Assembly: GCA_964057225.1 (NCBI GenBank)
Contig: OZ059895.1
Coordinates: 6,386,001 to 6,450,000, forward strand
DNA length: 64,000 nt
DNA from: Auanema rhodensis
Taxonomy: Eukaryota > Animalia > Nematoda
Reading direction: 5' to 3'
The notes under the pieces: model-generated
Told to the model about the DNA's origin: nothing
Database searches by the model: none
The model's input: only the letters and a program-made list of their open reading frames with translations
Position numbers and translations under genes: made by a program
Shown here: positions 26,563 to 39,078 of the stretch, piece after piece
Numbering within the stretch: the stretch's first letter is position 1
Layout: each line of letters opens with the position of its first letter

Positions 26563-28391
26563 CGTTTCCTATGAAAGAGCTTTTCATTAGTTTATTCTTG
26601 AACATTGTCCGATTATTTCCTTCTAAATGTTCGTTGAAAGTGAAAAAATTGTGTTCAGTTTGCATTCTCTGAAAAAAGAACAATACATAATTAGTTTGTC
26701 ACAATTACTACTAAAACGAATACGATAATAATCTATATGACAAAGCATATGTTTACTTTTTTAGGGGTTGCAAAAAAGTATCGAAGACAAAAATGCTTAA
26801 AGTGAAGACTTTGACATAGTCAAAACTGCTTATATGAATAAGTTCATATATATATATATATACTTATATATATACTATACTTATATACATAGTATATATA
26901 AATATAGTCGACAACTTTGTTACAAAATTGATACTTTAAGAAGCATTGCTCTAGATTAGAATACATTTTTATGACCAAAAAACAAGAGTAAGCAGACTTT
27001 AGATATTAAAAATGCGTTTGGTGGTTAGAAAATGTCTCATAAATAGGCGAAATAACCTTCATTCTAAATACTCCAGGGAAAAAGTAAACCGTAAAGATTT
27101 TTCCACAAAAAAAATTGAAAGTTAACTAACGTTCTTAAGTTTAAGTTGAATAGATGCCATTAATAAAAAACATTCTCCAACAGGATTTGAAGGCTCTTTT
27201 ATATGATGAAACAGATATACATGTTTCTTCCATTGAAGTGTATCAAATAGTTTCACAACAACAGACACCACAACCTGCAATTTGATTTTAAAATTTTAAA
27301 TTAACATTCAAACAGAGAATTTTTAAAAAATTAAATTAATAAACCTTATACGGACTACTAATCCGTGTTAATAGCTGATATTCCTTTTTATCATCTAGAT
27401 TCATTGTTAAACCAATAGGTGTAATGACAGGAATTCCCTATAATTTATGTATATATGAATATTGAAATATAATTCAACATAACATCATAAATAACCAATA
27501 ATATTATATTTAAAAACTTATAATATGTATAAATAGCAAACATATCTAATGAACTTACATAACTATCACTGTCTGTCCATGTTGGTGTCATTCTAGCGAC
27601 AGGAGCCAAAGCATATACGAAAGCATAACCGATTATACAATCCAATTCATTCTAGAACAGAAATATGGTAAATCACAAACAATTAAATAATGATACATAC
27701 TTTTACTAACTGAGATATGGCAACATTAGGTCCATGAGCATCTGAGAGCTTTGAATTTTTAAAAGTTGCAGCTATAGAGGAGTCCGGGATATACATGAAA
27801 TAAATATAAATAAGAATATTGTAATATATAATATCATAATTCAAAACAATTTTTGAAAACTTTTAAACTAATATAAACTAACTGAAAATTAAATTAAAAT
27901 CGAGCTTATTGTACAACCGATCAAACAAACAGCACAATTAAAATTAAGAAAATTAAAGTGCCACGTGTAAATTTTATATTACATATGCTAATTACTGACG
28001 TTTGTACTATCGTATACTAATGAAAATATTTAATCGCTCAGCTTATAATATTATATAAAACAATCAAAATTAATAAAATTATTGTTAATACGAATATTAA
28101 ATTAAAAAAACATACTGGGCTTTATAAGCATCTTCGAGAGCTAAATTAACGACTGGCACAACCTTGTCGATAGACAACCGGAACGGATTTTTACCATTGC
28201 TCTCATCATCACTTTCGGGAAGTGGAAATAGTATATGAATAGGCGTTAAAACAGATATCTGTAAATATATAATTAGTATTAAATAAAATAATCACTGTAT
28301 TAAAATATTTTCATAAAAGTATTACTCCTTTATACTCCTTAACTTCCGCCACCAGAAATAAGGCCGAAGCGACCAAGAAGGTACGGTACAT
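26563..28391 (-). CDS. gcy-28: Receptor guanylyl cyclase: second alternative N-terminal module (7 exons), signal peptide plus N-terminal part of the ANF-receptor ligand-binding domain (partial gene)
   Basis: Exons (minus): 28391-28326, 28258-28116, 27794-27701, 27651-27559, 27437-27345, 27274-27131, 26668-26563; 739 nt, with consistent phases. Translation: MYRTFLVASALFLVAEVKEYKG/ISVLTPIHILFPLPE...VVPVVNLALEDAYKAQ/YIPDSSIAATFKNSKLSDAHGPNVAISQLVK/NELDCIIGYAFVYALAPVARM.../GIPVITPIGL...LLTRISSPYK/...GECFLLMASIQ.../RMQTEHNFFTFNE...IGN. All introns are GT-AG except the acceptor at 27795-27796 (AT). It ends in the phase-1 donor AACG|GTGCG. Confidence 0.87.
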
Positions 28392-28420
28392 CTCATTACG
28401 ATAATTGCATACTGGCCCCT

Positions 28421-28440
28421 TCTGTAAGTAAAATAATTCA
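28421..28440 (-). promoter_or_regulatory. Splice acceptor (trans-splice site or 5' UTR intron end) 30 nt upstream of the module-A start codon
   Basis: TTATTTTACTTACAG|AAGGGG, with AG at 28423-28422 and the ATG at 28391. Confidence 0.55.
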
Positions 28441-29803
28441 AATATCAAATAAAAATGTTTAAACACTCAAATAATAGAATTATAGAAGTTAAAATGTTTA
28501 AAAATGAAAAATCTTTTGTTGAAAAAGTCCGAACGAACGACATAACTCAAATCAATATGCAAATAACTATCAACATAAACTTAATAAATTGAATAGTGTG
28601 ACGGAGAAAGAGCAAAGAAAAATGAAACGGAATAAAAAAAATGATGAGGATCTACCAAACTGACATTCAGAGAAATAGAAAGAAAAATTATAAAATAAAA
28701 TTAAGAAAAGGAGATGAAATCAGACTAGCAAGTGAATGGCATTTTTGTTTAATGAAGAGCAGCAAAACTAGAAAATAGATCATATAAATTGTTTTCAAGA
28801 CATAAAAAAGCAGAATTAGAATAAACATATAATCAAAACGAATAAAATGATTACGAAGTGATGCTTATGAGGTTTCTTCCTTATCACTGCCACTGCCAAG
28901 TTTTTTATTTAATTGAGATAGATTGATGAGGAAATAGATTAAGCTTTTGAGAACGATACCTTTAAAATAGCAGTGACAAAGCGATATAAAGACAAAGATT
29001 ACAACATCAAACTGAAAAAAATTGATGTTGCAAGAGAAAGAGTAAAACATGGAAGAGTTGCATTAAGAATACATGAAACGCTCATCCAAGATAAGCATAA
29101 AAAGAGAAACAAAAGTGATTGAAGGATTAAATTCTAAAAATTACATCCCAAACTTAACCAATGATACTAAAAAAGAAAAAGAATAAAATATTTGAAAGTA
29201 CGCACTAAAGGGAATATAAAATTTACAAAAAAAAACTTCTTGTATTAGGACATTTTAAAGACTTAAATCATTTAACATTAAAAAAAACTTAAGAAATAAA
29301 AAATAAAATAGAGCAACATGAACGAATAAAATAATAAAGCATAGCTAAAATAGATGTAATAGATGACAAAGAAAGCTATGAATGTGTCAAAAGTAAGAGT
29401 AAAAGCAATAGAAAAGCGAGAGAACTAGAGAACAAGCCTGGTTAGATAAGATTGAGTGGAAAAGAAAAACAGAAAGTGCGAGATACACTGTTGCCTTCGA
29501 AAATTGGACAACACATGAAGGTAAAGGATAGGTTAATTGAACAAAATTGTGAGAGGTAGCTTGAAGTCTATAGACAAAATTGACCAATTCAAAGAGCATA
29601 AAAGCAATTGGAATACATATTCTATTGATAAAGTTCAATACTTCATACTTTAAGTTAAACGTGTCATGTAGGGCATATGGAAGGTTGGAGTGAGTGATCA
29701 CAACTTGTTTCTTGCAGATAATAGAAGTTGAAGAAGTAATAGATAGAGAGCATGAAAGATAACAAGCCTAAGAAATGTTGACCTCAGGATGAGATGGCAA
29801 TCG

Positions 29804-29806
<3 letters not shown>

Positions 29807-29836
<30 letters not shown>
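29807..29836. repeat. (TG)n microsatellite
   Basis: Seen directly in sequence. Confidence 0.9.
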
Positions 29837-29843
<7 letters not shown>

Positions 29844-32800
29844 CTGTCTCTGTGTATGTAGTTTGCAGAAAAAAAATGTTTATACGAAGGTTATAAAGGG
29901 AAAATGTTCATTTGTTACAGAAATGCAAAAGTTTGGTAGTCATTTATACCGAATAAGCCATTTTAGAAATACTAGAAATAGAAGAGAAGAGCAAATCTAT
30001 ACCACTATTTCAAACTTCACTGTACAGGTTGAAGAGACAGGGGCAATAACATATACAATCATACAATATTACTCGCAATTGATTGGGATTCTTGAAAGTA
30101 ACAATAAAAATCAAAAATTTTGCTCTATATACAGAAAGTTACAAAAACCACTTCATTCCAATAACCAGCAATCTTTCCGAAATCAGTAAATTAGAATTCG
30201 ACTATATAAAGTGATGAAGTTGTATGACATTTTCTGTTTATTTTTTGTTGAATTTTGTGAATTAATTAGATATCAAAGCTAGTATATAGTATAGGCTCTC
30301 TATTTATTCGATGAGAAACAAAAACTAAAAGTTTTCAAACTAAAGTTTAAAAACTATAAAATTCAACAAAACTTTAAGTTACAAATATAAACTAATTCAA
30401 AAATAAGAACAAGAATGGAGGGGAAACAAAACATAGACAATAGTTTGATGTGTTCCACACTATATTCAATTTTTAACAAAAAATATAATTGTAGTAATCA
30501 CAAAATACTTATCTAACTACTTCATAATCATAAAAAATTAGCAAAACTATAATGAATAATTTTCAAAAAATGTTTTGAAATGAAATACTTAGCGCTAAAA
30601 ATGTGTTATATGCACATCCATATGAATAAATCAAACTGAATTGTAAGCAAGTATAGATATATGGCTAAGTAGAGACAGCAGCAGAATGAGAACAACTAGG
30701 AACGCCGGAGAGGAAAGGAAAAGGGCCAAATGACATGAAGCAAATCAAGGAGTTGCAAACGCAAATACGTAACTTGATATCATGCTGTGTTCAGCTCGTT
30801 TACATCTTCAAATGCATCAGAGAGATTGACACGGTCTATGTCGAATTCGTTACTGCCAATGACGATGCAGCATCTGTAGAAAAGATAACGAGGGAACGCA
30901 GAAAATTAGCGAATACGGACAACAACCAGAGTGATGAACGGTAACAAATACATTGATATTGGAACTAGAATACATAGCAAAGTATGAATAAAAATTATTA
31001 AATCAAGTAGTTGATAAGCAAATGAGACTACAATTTAATAAAATTAAAGGATGAGGTTGTCATTATCTCTATCTCTCAATCTCTCTTTCTCATTGTTCGT
31101 TGCAACCTCTGTTTCTTTCTTTAGCTCCAGCTAGCTGAAGCCAGAGAGTAAATGAAGAGAGGCAGAGAATAAATGAAGAATAGAGAGAAAATAGCGGAAT
31201 AGACACAGGTAGTAGATGAGATAGCATGTCTGAAGATCTGAGCTTATAAGGAAGGGTTAACTACATATATTTGCAAAGTTAAAACTAATAAAACGAAAAG
31301 AAAATTAATAAATGTGTAGTAAAGTGTAGAAATGAAGAAAATAATGCGAAATTGTTGGAGAAAGTATGCACTTTAATAGATCTATCAAGAGATATAATAC
31401 ATTCAAGAGAAAAAAAAAACATAAGTGATCAAGAGCAACTTAAGGAAAATGGTAATGTAGAAGTATGATGCATTCATAAAAATTGTTTTCTATTATCTAT
31501 TTTACCATTTATTCGACTAAAACTGGACAATATAAGTGAACTTTAGAATGGATATAGCAGATAACTCTATAGTACTCTAAATATTCTATCATCATTCATA
31601 TAAGAGCTAACAAAAGTCGAAAAACTGAGGGAACCACGAAAATTCGAAAAAAGTTGTTGGCGAAAGCTAATTAAGCACAAGTGATGTTGGTCAATTTACC
31701 CAAAGTATACTTCAAGAAAAAACAATTAGAAGCATTAAAAAAATAATAAATACCTATACACGAATTCGTGCATATAAAAATACGTACGCAAAAGTTCATG
31801 AAGGTACGATGTTTATGAGCACTTCCGGAAATATGTTAATAAGTGTATATAAGTGTATATATAAAACTTTGTAATAGTATGACTTTCTCACCAATAAAAT
31901 AATGGAAAATTAATGAAAAATGGTAATAATATATGAAAAACAACAACTATTATTGAATAACCTATTCCTCTAGTCAGACTTGGAAAGAAAGAAGAAAAGA
32001 AAAAGAGAGATTAAAGGTAAGTGTATGTTGGAAGCATATGTTGGAAAGGCTTCTATGTGAAAGCAAACTGAAAGAAATGGAGAAAAGGTCACTAGGCTCT
32101 ATGAAGCCATGAAAAACGAGCCGTTTTTATTAAGTTTTAATTATTCAAATAATTGAACGAAAATGTTTCTAAAATGAAGACGACAGGATAGGCATCAACC
32201 AAAATGACAAATAATGGAAAACTGTCTTTAGGGTAATAGCTAGACAAAGGTCAAACTATATGCTTAAATTGGTCAAATATATATAGTTTTTTTTAATTTT
32301 TGTCTTCTTCACTAGAAGAAATACGAATAATATTTTTAGTTAAATTAGATTTTATATCAGATTATCGGAAAGAATCTAAGTTGATCACAACGATGCCAAG
32401 AAAATTTTATAATTTCCGGTTATATAGGGTTAATTCAATCAGAACATTATATATTTTTCATAACTATATTTAGCAGATATCCATAAAACCTATTTGCAAG
32501 ATGAAGCCTAGAATGACGCAGATAATACGTACCCGAGAGAGAGGGAGAGAGAGGGAGAGAGATAGATAGATAGAGAGAGATAGAGCAAAAGGAAGGGACA
32601 AAGAGAAAGGAATGGAAAGACGAGACACATAGAAAAACCTAAAACGATAGATGAAGCTGAATGATCCGTCCAACTAATCTAACCATCTTCTTCACATTCA
32701 TTCTAAGGTAATTTGATAATCATAGGACTGAAAAAGCGGTCAAAATGAGAATATTCAGAATTGCATCACATCGTGTCAAGTTGAGGGATGGTTCTTAAAC

Positions 32801-34224
32801 GAACTAATGAAGAATAAGAAGAAGAGTTAGTTGTGTTGGAAACTTGAGTACAAATCGAACGGATTTGATTGCAAAATTCAAAAAAAAAAGAAGACAAACA
32901 AGTGAGGGAAGACGGCCTAAACCAGTACGTTTGATAGTCAAAGCTATTATTCTTTATTCGTTTTCATATTGATTTCAAATCATGATGAGATAAATGAAAA
33001 AAAACGAATGTTAATGAAAAGAGCAAAACATACTAGAAAATTAGAAATCAGATATTAGAAAATCCCGATGATCACGCCATCAGTTTTCAACAATCTGCTC
33101 GTTTTCTTGATAACCTTTGCCCTTTTCTGCTTTTCCTCCGTTAGCGACATCTCCCTATTTCTTCACTCATTCGTAAGATCTTGTCAAGATGCTTCCGTTT
33201 TCAGGATCTTTTTTCTTTTTCCAATTAACAATCAAATCATGATGAGATATCTGTTTTATCGGCTTGTTCTTACAAAGGTTATCTTTACTTTTCATCTCAC
33301 TTACTAATTCACATGATTCTAATGAAAACAGCTGTTATAGCATGTGATTTATAAGCGTCTTTGAAAGGAAAATATTTTAATTTAACAAGGATGACAACAG
33401 TAAGTAACTGCTGCATACAACCGAATCATGCAAGATTTTTCTTTAAAATGAAATATGTACATTCATGTAGAACAATGAGATCATCAAACTAGAAAAGTTC
33501 ATAATATATGATAAGTTAAAGAAATTTATAATTTTTATATGAAAATTGAAAATAATTTGATTGAAACAAGGACGAAAAATGATTTGATTAAAACGGAAGC
33601 GGAACTTAAACATGAGGACAAGCGCTTACGACATGTTATAGATACATAGCATGCAGTTATACATGTCAGAATCTAATCCACTACAAAGTTCAATGTAATA
33701 ATTAGAAAATATTAGAAAGGATTAAAGAAAAAAAAAGAAAAATAATAATGAATTATACATATATACATATACATATAGTTTATTATATCTAACTATATAC
33801 ATATACATATATATATATATATATATATTTATATGTTAGTGTATAATGACAATTAAATGAATAGTTATAGAATATATTGGAATGCCAACCGATTAGTTTA
33901 GTCAGTATGTATTGAAAAGATAAGAAAAAATAAGAGGAAATAGTAGAATATTTTCTTGAGAACGGAAAAAGAAAAAAATTGCAAAACAATGAATTAAACA
34001 GGTAGTGAAGGAAAAAAATATAAAATGATATGGTGGATGTATTGAAAACTAAATTTTGAAAGAAACACAGTATCGCTTATGCTAGCAAAATTCAAATCAA
34101 ATGACGAATATAAAGGTTAAAAAAGGATTTTAAAAGATAAACACAACACTAACTACATGCATATGTGTATGTATGTGAGTAATATCATATAAGTAAACTT
34201 AAAAAAATATAATAATAGAGCGAG

Positions 34225-34227
<3 letters not shown>

Positions 34228-34283
<56 letters not shown>

Positions 34284-35351
34284 GATAGAGCTGATGACAA
34301 TTTGAATAAATTTGATTATCACAGACTTTTTTGAGAAATAAAATAAAAAAGAGAAGAATAATAGAATGAATAAGACTAGGTTTCGTAAATCGAATAAGAA
34401 AAACAAAAAAAGTAGAAAAGATAGTGAGAGAGAGAGACTGAAAGAGAAAGAGAGCGATTGAGAAAGGGTGAGAGAGGAAGCTTATCTCAAAGGAAGGCTT
34501 TCGCAGTTTCATGATCTTTTGACATCATATCTTATAAAGAATATACATAAAAGCAGACTTAATAGTAAGAAAGAAAATACTATTTTCATATTAATTGCAT
34601 AATGAGCTAACTATATAGATATAGTTTAATATAATATGTTAATTATCTTAAAAGCTAAAAATCAATTACAATTTTAGAAGATAAAATACTTTTTTTCGGA
34701 TTGAAGACAAATTCGATTGTAAACTAAAAAAAAAACAAAGACAGACAGAGATTTTAGATGACATGGAGACGTCTTTAGAAATTGGTTGACAATCTACATA
34801 TCTCTCTCTCTCTCTCTCCCTCTCTCTTTCCCTCTCTCTTTCCCTCTCTCTCCCTCTCTCTTTCTCTCTTAATCTAAGTATTATATATAAATGTAACATT
34901 TCTAATTTGCAGTTTCCTTAACTATATTTTCTATTCTCTATATTCAATGTAGCAAACTGTGTATATGGGGCTGTGTTTGTGTGTGACGATCAGCAGTGAA
35001 CCGACGAACAGACTGATTGCTTGTCTGCCTGAATGACGGACTGACTGGATTAAGAAACAAACTGGTATTGAAGTTAAGAATAAAAAGAAAATGGAGGGAA
35101 ATGTAAGAAATACGGGGAATGAAATGAAACATTATACAGAGAAAGATAGCAAGAGTACATATGTATTTCTTTAGTCTAATCAAATTAGACAACTAAAAAT
35201 CGAAATGAATACTATGTAGAGGACTGGTCCAGAATGTTAACATAATTGAAAATACATAGGTTATATATAAATATTATATATATATATATTTAGTATAATA
35301 AAATGTAAAATATAAGTAAAAGAATGATATTATTGAAGAGAGGTTTAAGAG

Positions 35352-35406
<55 letters not shown>

Positions 35407-37298
35407 TCAGAGGGGAGGAGTTGAGGGAATAGGCTGAGATTTACTTAAAGAAAAAGAAAAAAAATGACAGCAAGATGAGTTGAACTCAAAATATAAAAAA
35501 ACCAAATAAACAAAAACATGAAAAAAGAAGAATTTTTTATTTTGTAGAACAAGTTAACAAGTATAGATCAAAATATTTCAAGAAATTTAAATGAAAAAAA
35601 AAGGGAAAATTCGCGTAAAAAGTTGTTAACTGCTTTGATTATCACTGATTAGTGTATAAACATGATTGAAAGCAATGAAGACAAGCAAAATTACGACTGT
35701 GAAATAGCTTGTAAACTTGAAAACTGATCAAGAATTACAGGAAAAAAGACATGTTGATCAAAAGAAAAAAAAAAGATTTGAACATAAAAGGGTAGTTGAA
35801 TGACAAATTCAAAGCGATAATGAATGCAGAAGAATAAAAAAAGGTTTTGGGATGTCAGGCAGGCTGTGGGAAACGAGGAAGACAAATAGCATGAAGTTGT
35901 TTTAAAATTGTGTTCGAAACAAAAAGTTTTATTTAGATGCAAATAAACGAATAATTAGAAAATGAAAGTTTGTTCATAAAATTGCTCATTTTATAGTTAT
36001 ATATGTAAGTAAGTAAAATATATGTACATACATACTATGTAATACATGTAAACGATGATAGTACAACAAGGCTATAGGTCAGATGAGTGAGTATGCATTT
36101 CTCTCTCTCTCTCCCTCTCTCTCTTTCTCTCTCTCTCTCTTTCTCTCTCTCTCTATTTAATTTATTTCTCTGAATATCAAAGTTAATGATGATACCGAAC
36201 AGAGAAAAATGTCTATAAGCAGACATATAGTCAATTATTAAATTATTATTTCCTTTTCTAATGCTGATAAGAAAATTTATAATAATCTTTCTTGAAGGAA
36301 CAACAAGAAATGCTGTTGTTGCTTCATCACCTTATTTTTCATATAAACAGGTAAAATCATTTATAATTATAAAATTAAAAATATATATAATCTAATATTA
36401 AATATTCTTAGTTAATATTATTTATAATAATTTAATTATATAATAGAAGAAAGCAGAATCACAATCAGAATTTTGCTGATATTGAGGCTTCTTAACTCGA
36501 ATGAAGCAAACGTGGTCGAATGTCACAATGTTTGAATAGTTTCTTGAAATCACGTAAATATTATGATAATCTAATCAATTATCAATAAAAATATATTAAT
36601 TCTTTAACTATATTAACTATTTAACAATATTAGATAATAAAGAAAAATATGAAGAACAACTTTTCTCAAGAATTTCCACTATAAACCGTATGCCAGACTC
36701 AATTGAATTGACGTTTTCAGCAAAATTTCGGAGACTTAAACCTTTTTTTCGCTGTTGTTGTTCCGTTCAAATTCTTCTTTTTTTCATCGCAACTTTCTTT
36801 ATTTTTTTTGTCAATATACTATCGTATTAGAAAACTTATTTAAAGTTTAAAGAAACAAAAAATGTTTTTCTTTTTCGTTTTGCTAATCTGTTCTCAGCTT
36901 CAAAACGCTACCGATCTCATCGAGTTAGCAGAACCGCTAGATGTCATCTGTTGACGTAACACAGTGTGAGAACGTCATTCATCTACACACTTCGTCATCA
37001 TGATCATCTGATTTTGAACTTTATTTCTACATGTATATAACCGGCTTAAGAGGAAGAAAGGAGTAGTAGCTTCATTCCATTCTTCAAAGCACATGGTCAA
37101 GTAGTTATTCTTCATAAAGAAATACATACATGTTAATATAGAATAGAAAATGTAAGAAAGATATGAAAAGAAGATAGATTAAAGAGAAAGAGAGAGAGTT
37201 AGAGAGAGAGGTAGAGAGAGATAGAGAGATAGAGAGAGAGTGTGTGTCTATGTATATACTATGTATATCTGAAACAGATATAGATAGAGAGAGAGAGG

Positions 37299-37345
<47 letters not shown>
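34228..37345. repeat. Cluster of five GA/TC microsatellites in alternating orientation
   Basis: (GA)n ~34228-34280, (TC)n ~34801-34870, (GA)n ~35357-35402, (TC)n ~36100-36153, (GA)n ~37190-37345. Confidence 0.9.
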
Positions 37346-37348
<3 letters not shown>

Positions 37349-39015
37349 ATAGTGAAAGTGAACGAATAGAGAGGGACCTAGTAAGACATCTATTCTAAAA
37401 TTTACAAAAAAAATTGTCAGAGATTTTATCCGAAGCTTATACGTGGTTTGGAAGAAATGTTCATGAGCAGCAGTAGCAAAAAGCTGGCACATTTCGTTTT
37501 GAACATACATACATACATGTATAAAGAACAAATGGACTAAAATCTAAAATAAACCAATTGTGCCTAACCAAAATGAAAAAAAAAGAAAACTGAACGTGTA
37601 AAGATTGAATTTCTTTTTTAAAAAATTTTTAAATTTCTCATAAAGTGCATATATCCGAGTTCTTTACAGTTCAAAATTTAAGAAATACATCGAGACGAAT
37701 GGGAGGAGACACATAAGATGACGAAGAAGAAGAAGAAGAAGTGAAAGAAATGTTTAAAATTGATATAAACAAATAGAATTTTGAGTTAGATTTTCAAAAG
37801 AAATAATCTTTTTTTTTTCAAATTATCAAATATCTCAATTATTATTATTATTATAACATATAAATAATAAAATATATAGTTAAAATAAGTTATAAATGAA
37901 TAAATAATACAATTATTATCAATAATATACATAAATATAGATACAGATGTATATATTGAAATTCTTAGTTTTCAAAGCTTCATCACAATATCTATCTTTT
38001 GGTTGAAATTCTATTGAATACTTACAAGACAAATAGTTCTCCTCGAAATCTTGATGATGATCATCATTGAAAATGATTTATGATCATCTAATTACCAACA
38101 ATATAGTACATTCTATGATATTCAACTAATATAATATATAATATTATAAAGTTTTTTATGTGAAAGCTTTTTACGTTTTTTTTTACCGAAAAATTCTTTC
38201 TGATTACTCAGGATTTATTTGTTTAAAGAAATCATCGTCATCATCATCATCATCATCGTACATCGTATATACTACATGTATATACATATATATGGAAATA
38301 ATTATATTATTCTATATAAGATTACTTGATATACTATTAACTATGTGTACATATATAGATAGATATATTATTTCTTTTAGTCGTTTAGCTAGTTTATAGT
38401 ATATTTCAAATTTATGTACATTCAAGTCATCTTAGTTGATTTTCTTCTTTTTTTTAAAAAAAAAAGAAGGAAGAAGAAGGGCAAAAAATGAAAAGAAAAA
38501 GTATTTTGTAACTAACTAATTAACTATATGAGAATAATTAATCATGAACATATTATAAGAAAAAAAATGAGATCGTCTTTTGTGTTGAAATGAAGAATTA
38601 TAATTAAGAAAAAAAGTTATAAAGTATTCTCATATAGTTAGGAATAGTATAATATTCCATTGACGAAGACTAATATAAAATGAAAAATCTTCAATTTCTT
38701 ATGGAATTAAGATTTGAATTTAAATTATATAGTTTGCATATGAAAATAATTTAAAAAGAAAAGAAACTAATAAAGTTATTAAATATAAATAGAATATTGA
38801 AATAATAATTAAAGATAATTATAATTGATAATGTACATATACTATATATATATAATAAAGATATTAAAGAAAACGTTGTGGATTATCTATCATCAATTGA
38901 AATCATATTTAAGCATTATGCTGTTAAGATAAGCTTTAACATGAAATAGAGACATTTACATATATAGTTAGAGAAGTTATGATTGCAATATCAAAACACA
39001 AACAAAGTTTTAAAG

Positions 39016-39022
39016 AGAGAGG

Positions 39023-39074
<52 letters not shown>
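39016..39074. repeat. (GA)n microsatellite
   Basis: Seen directly in sequence. Confidence 0.9.
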
Positions 39075-39078
<4 letters not shown>

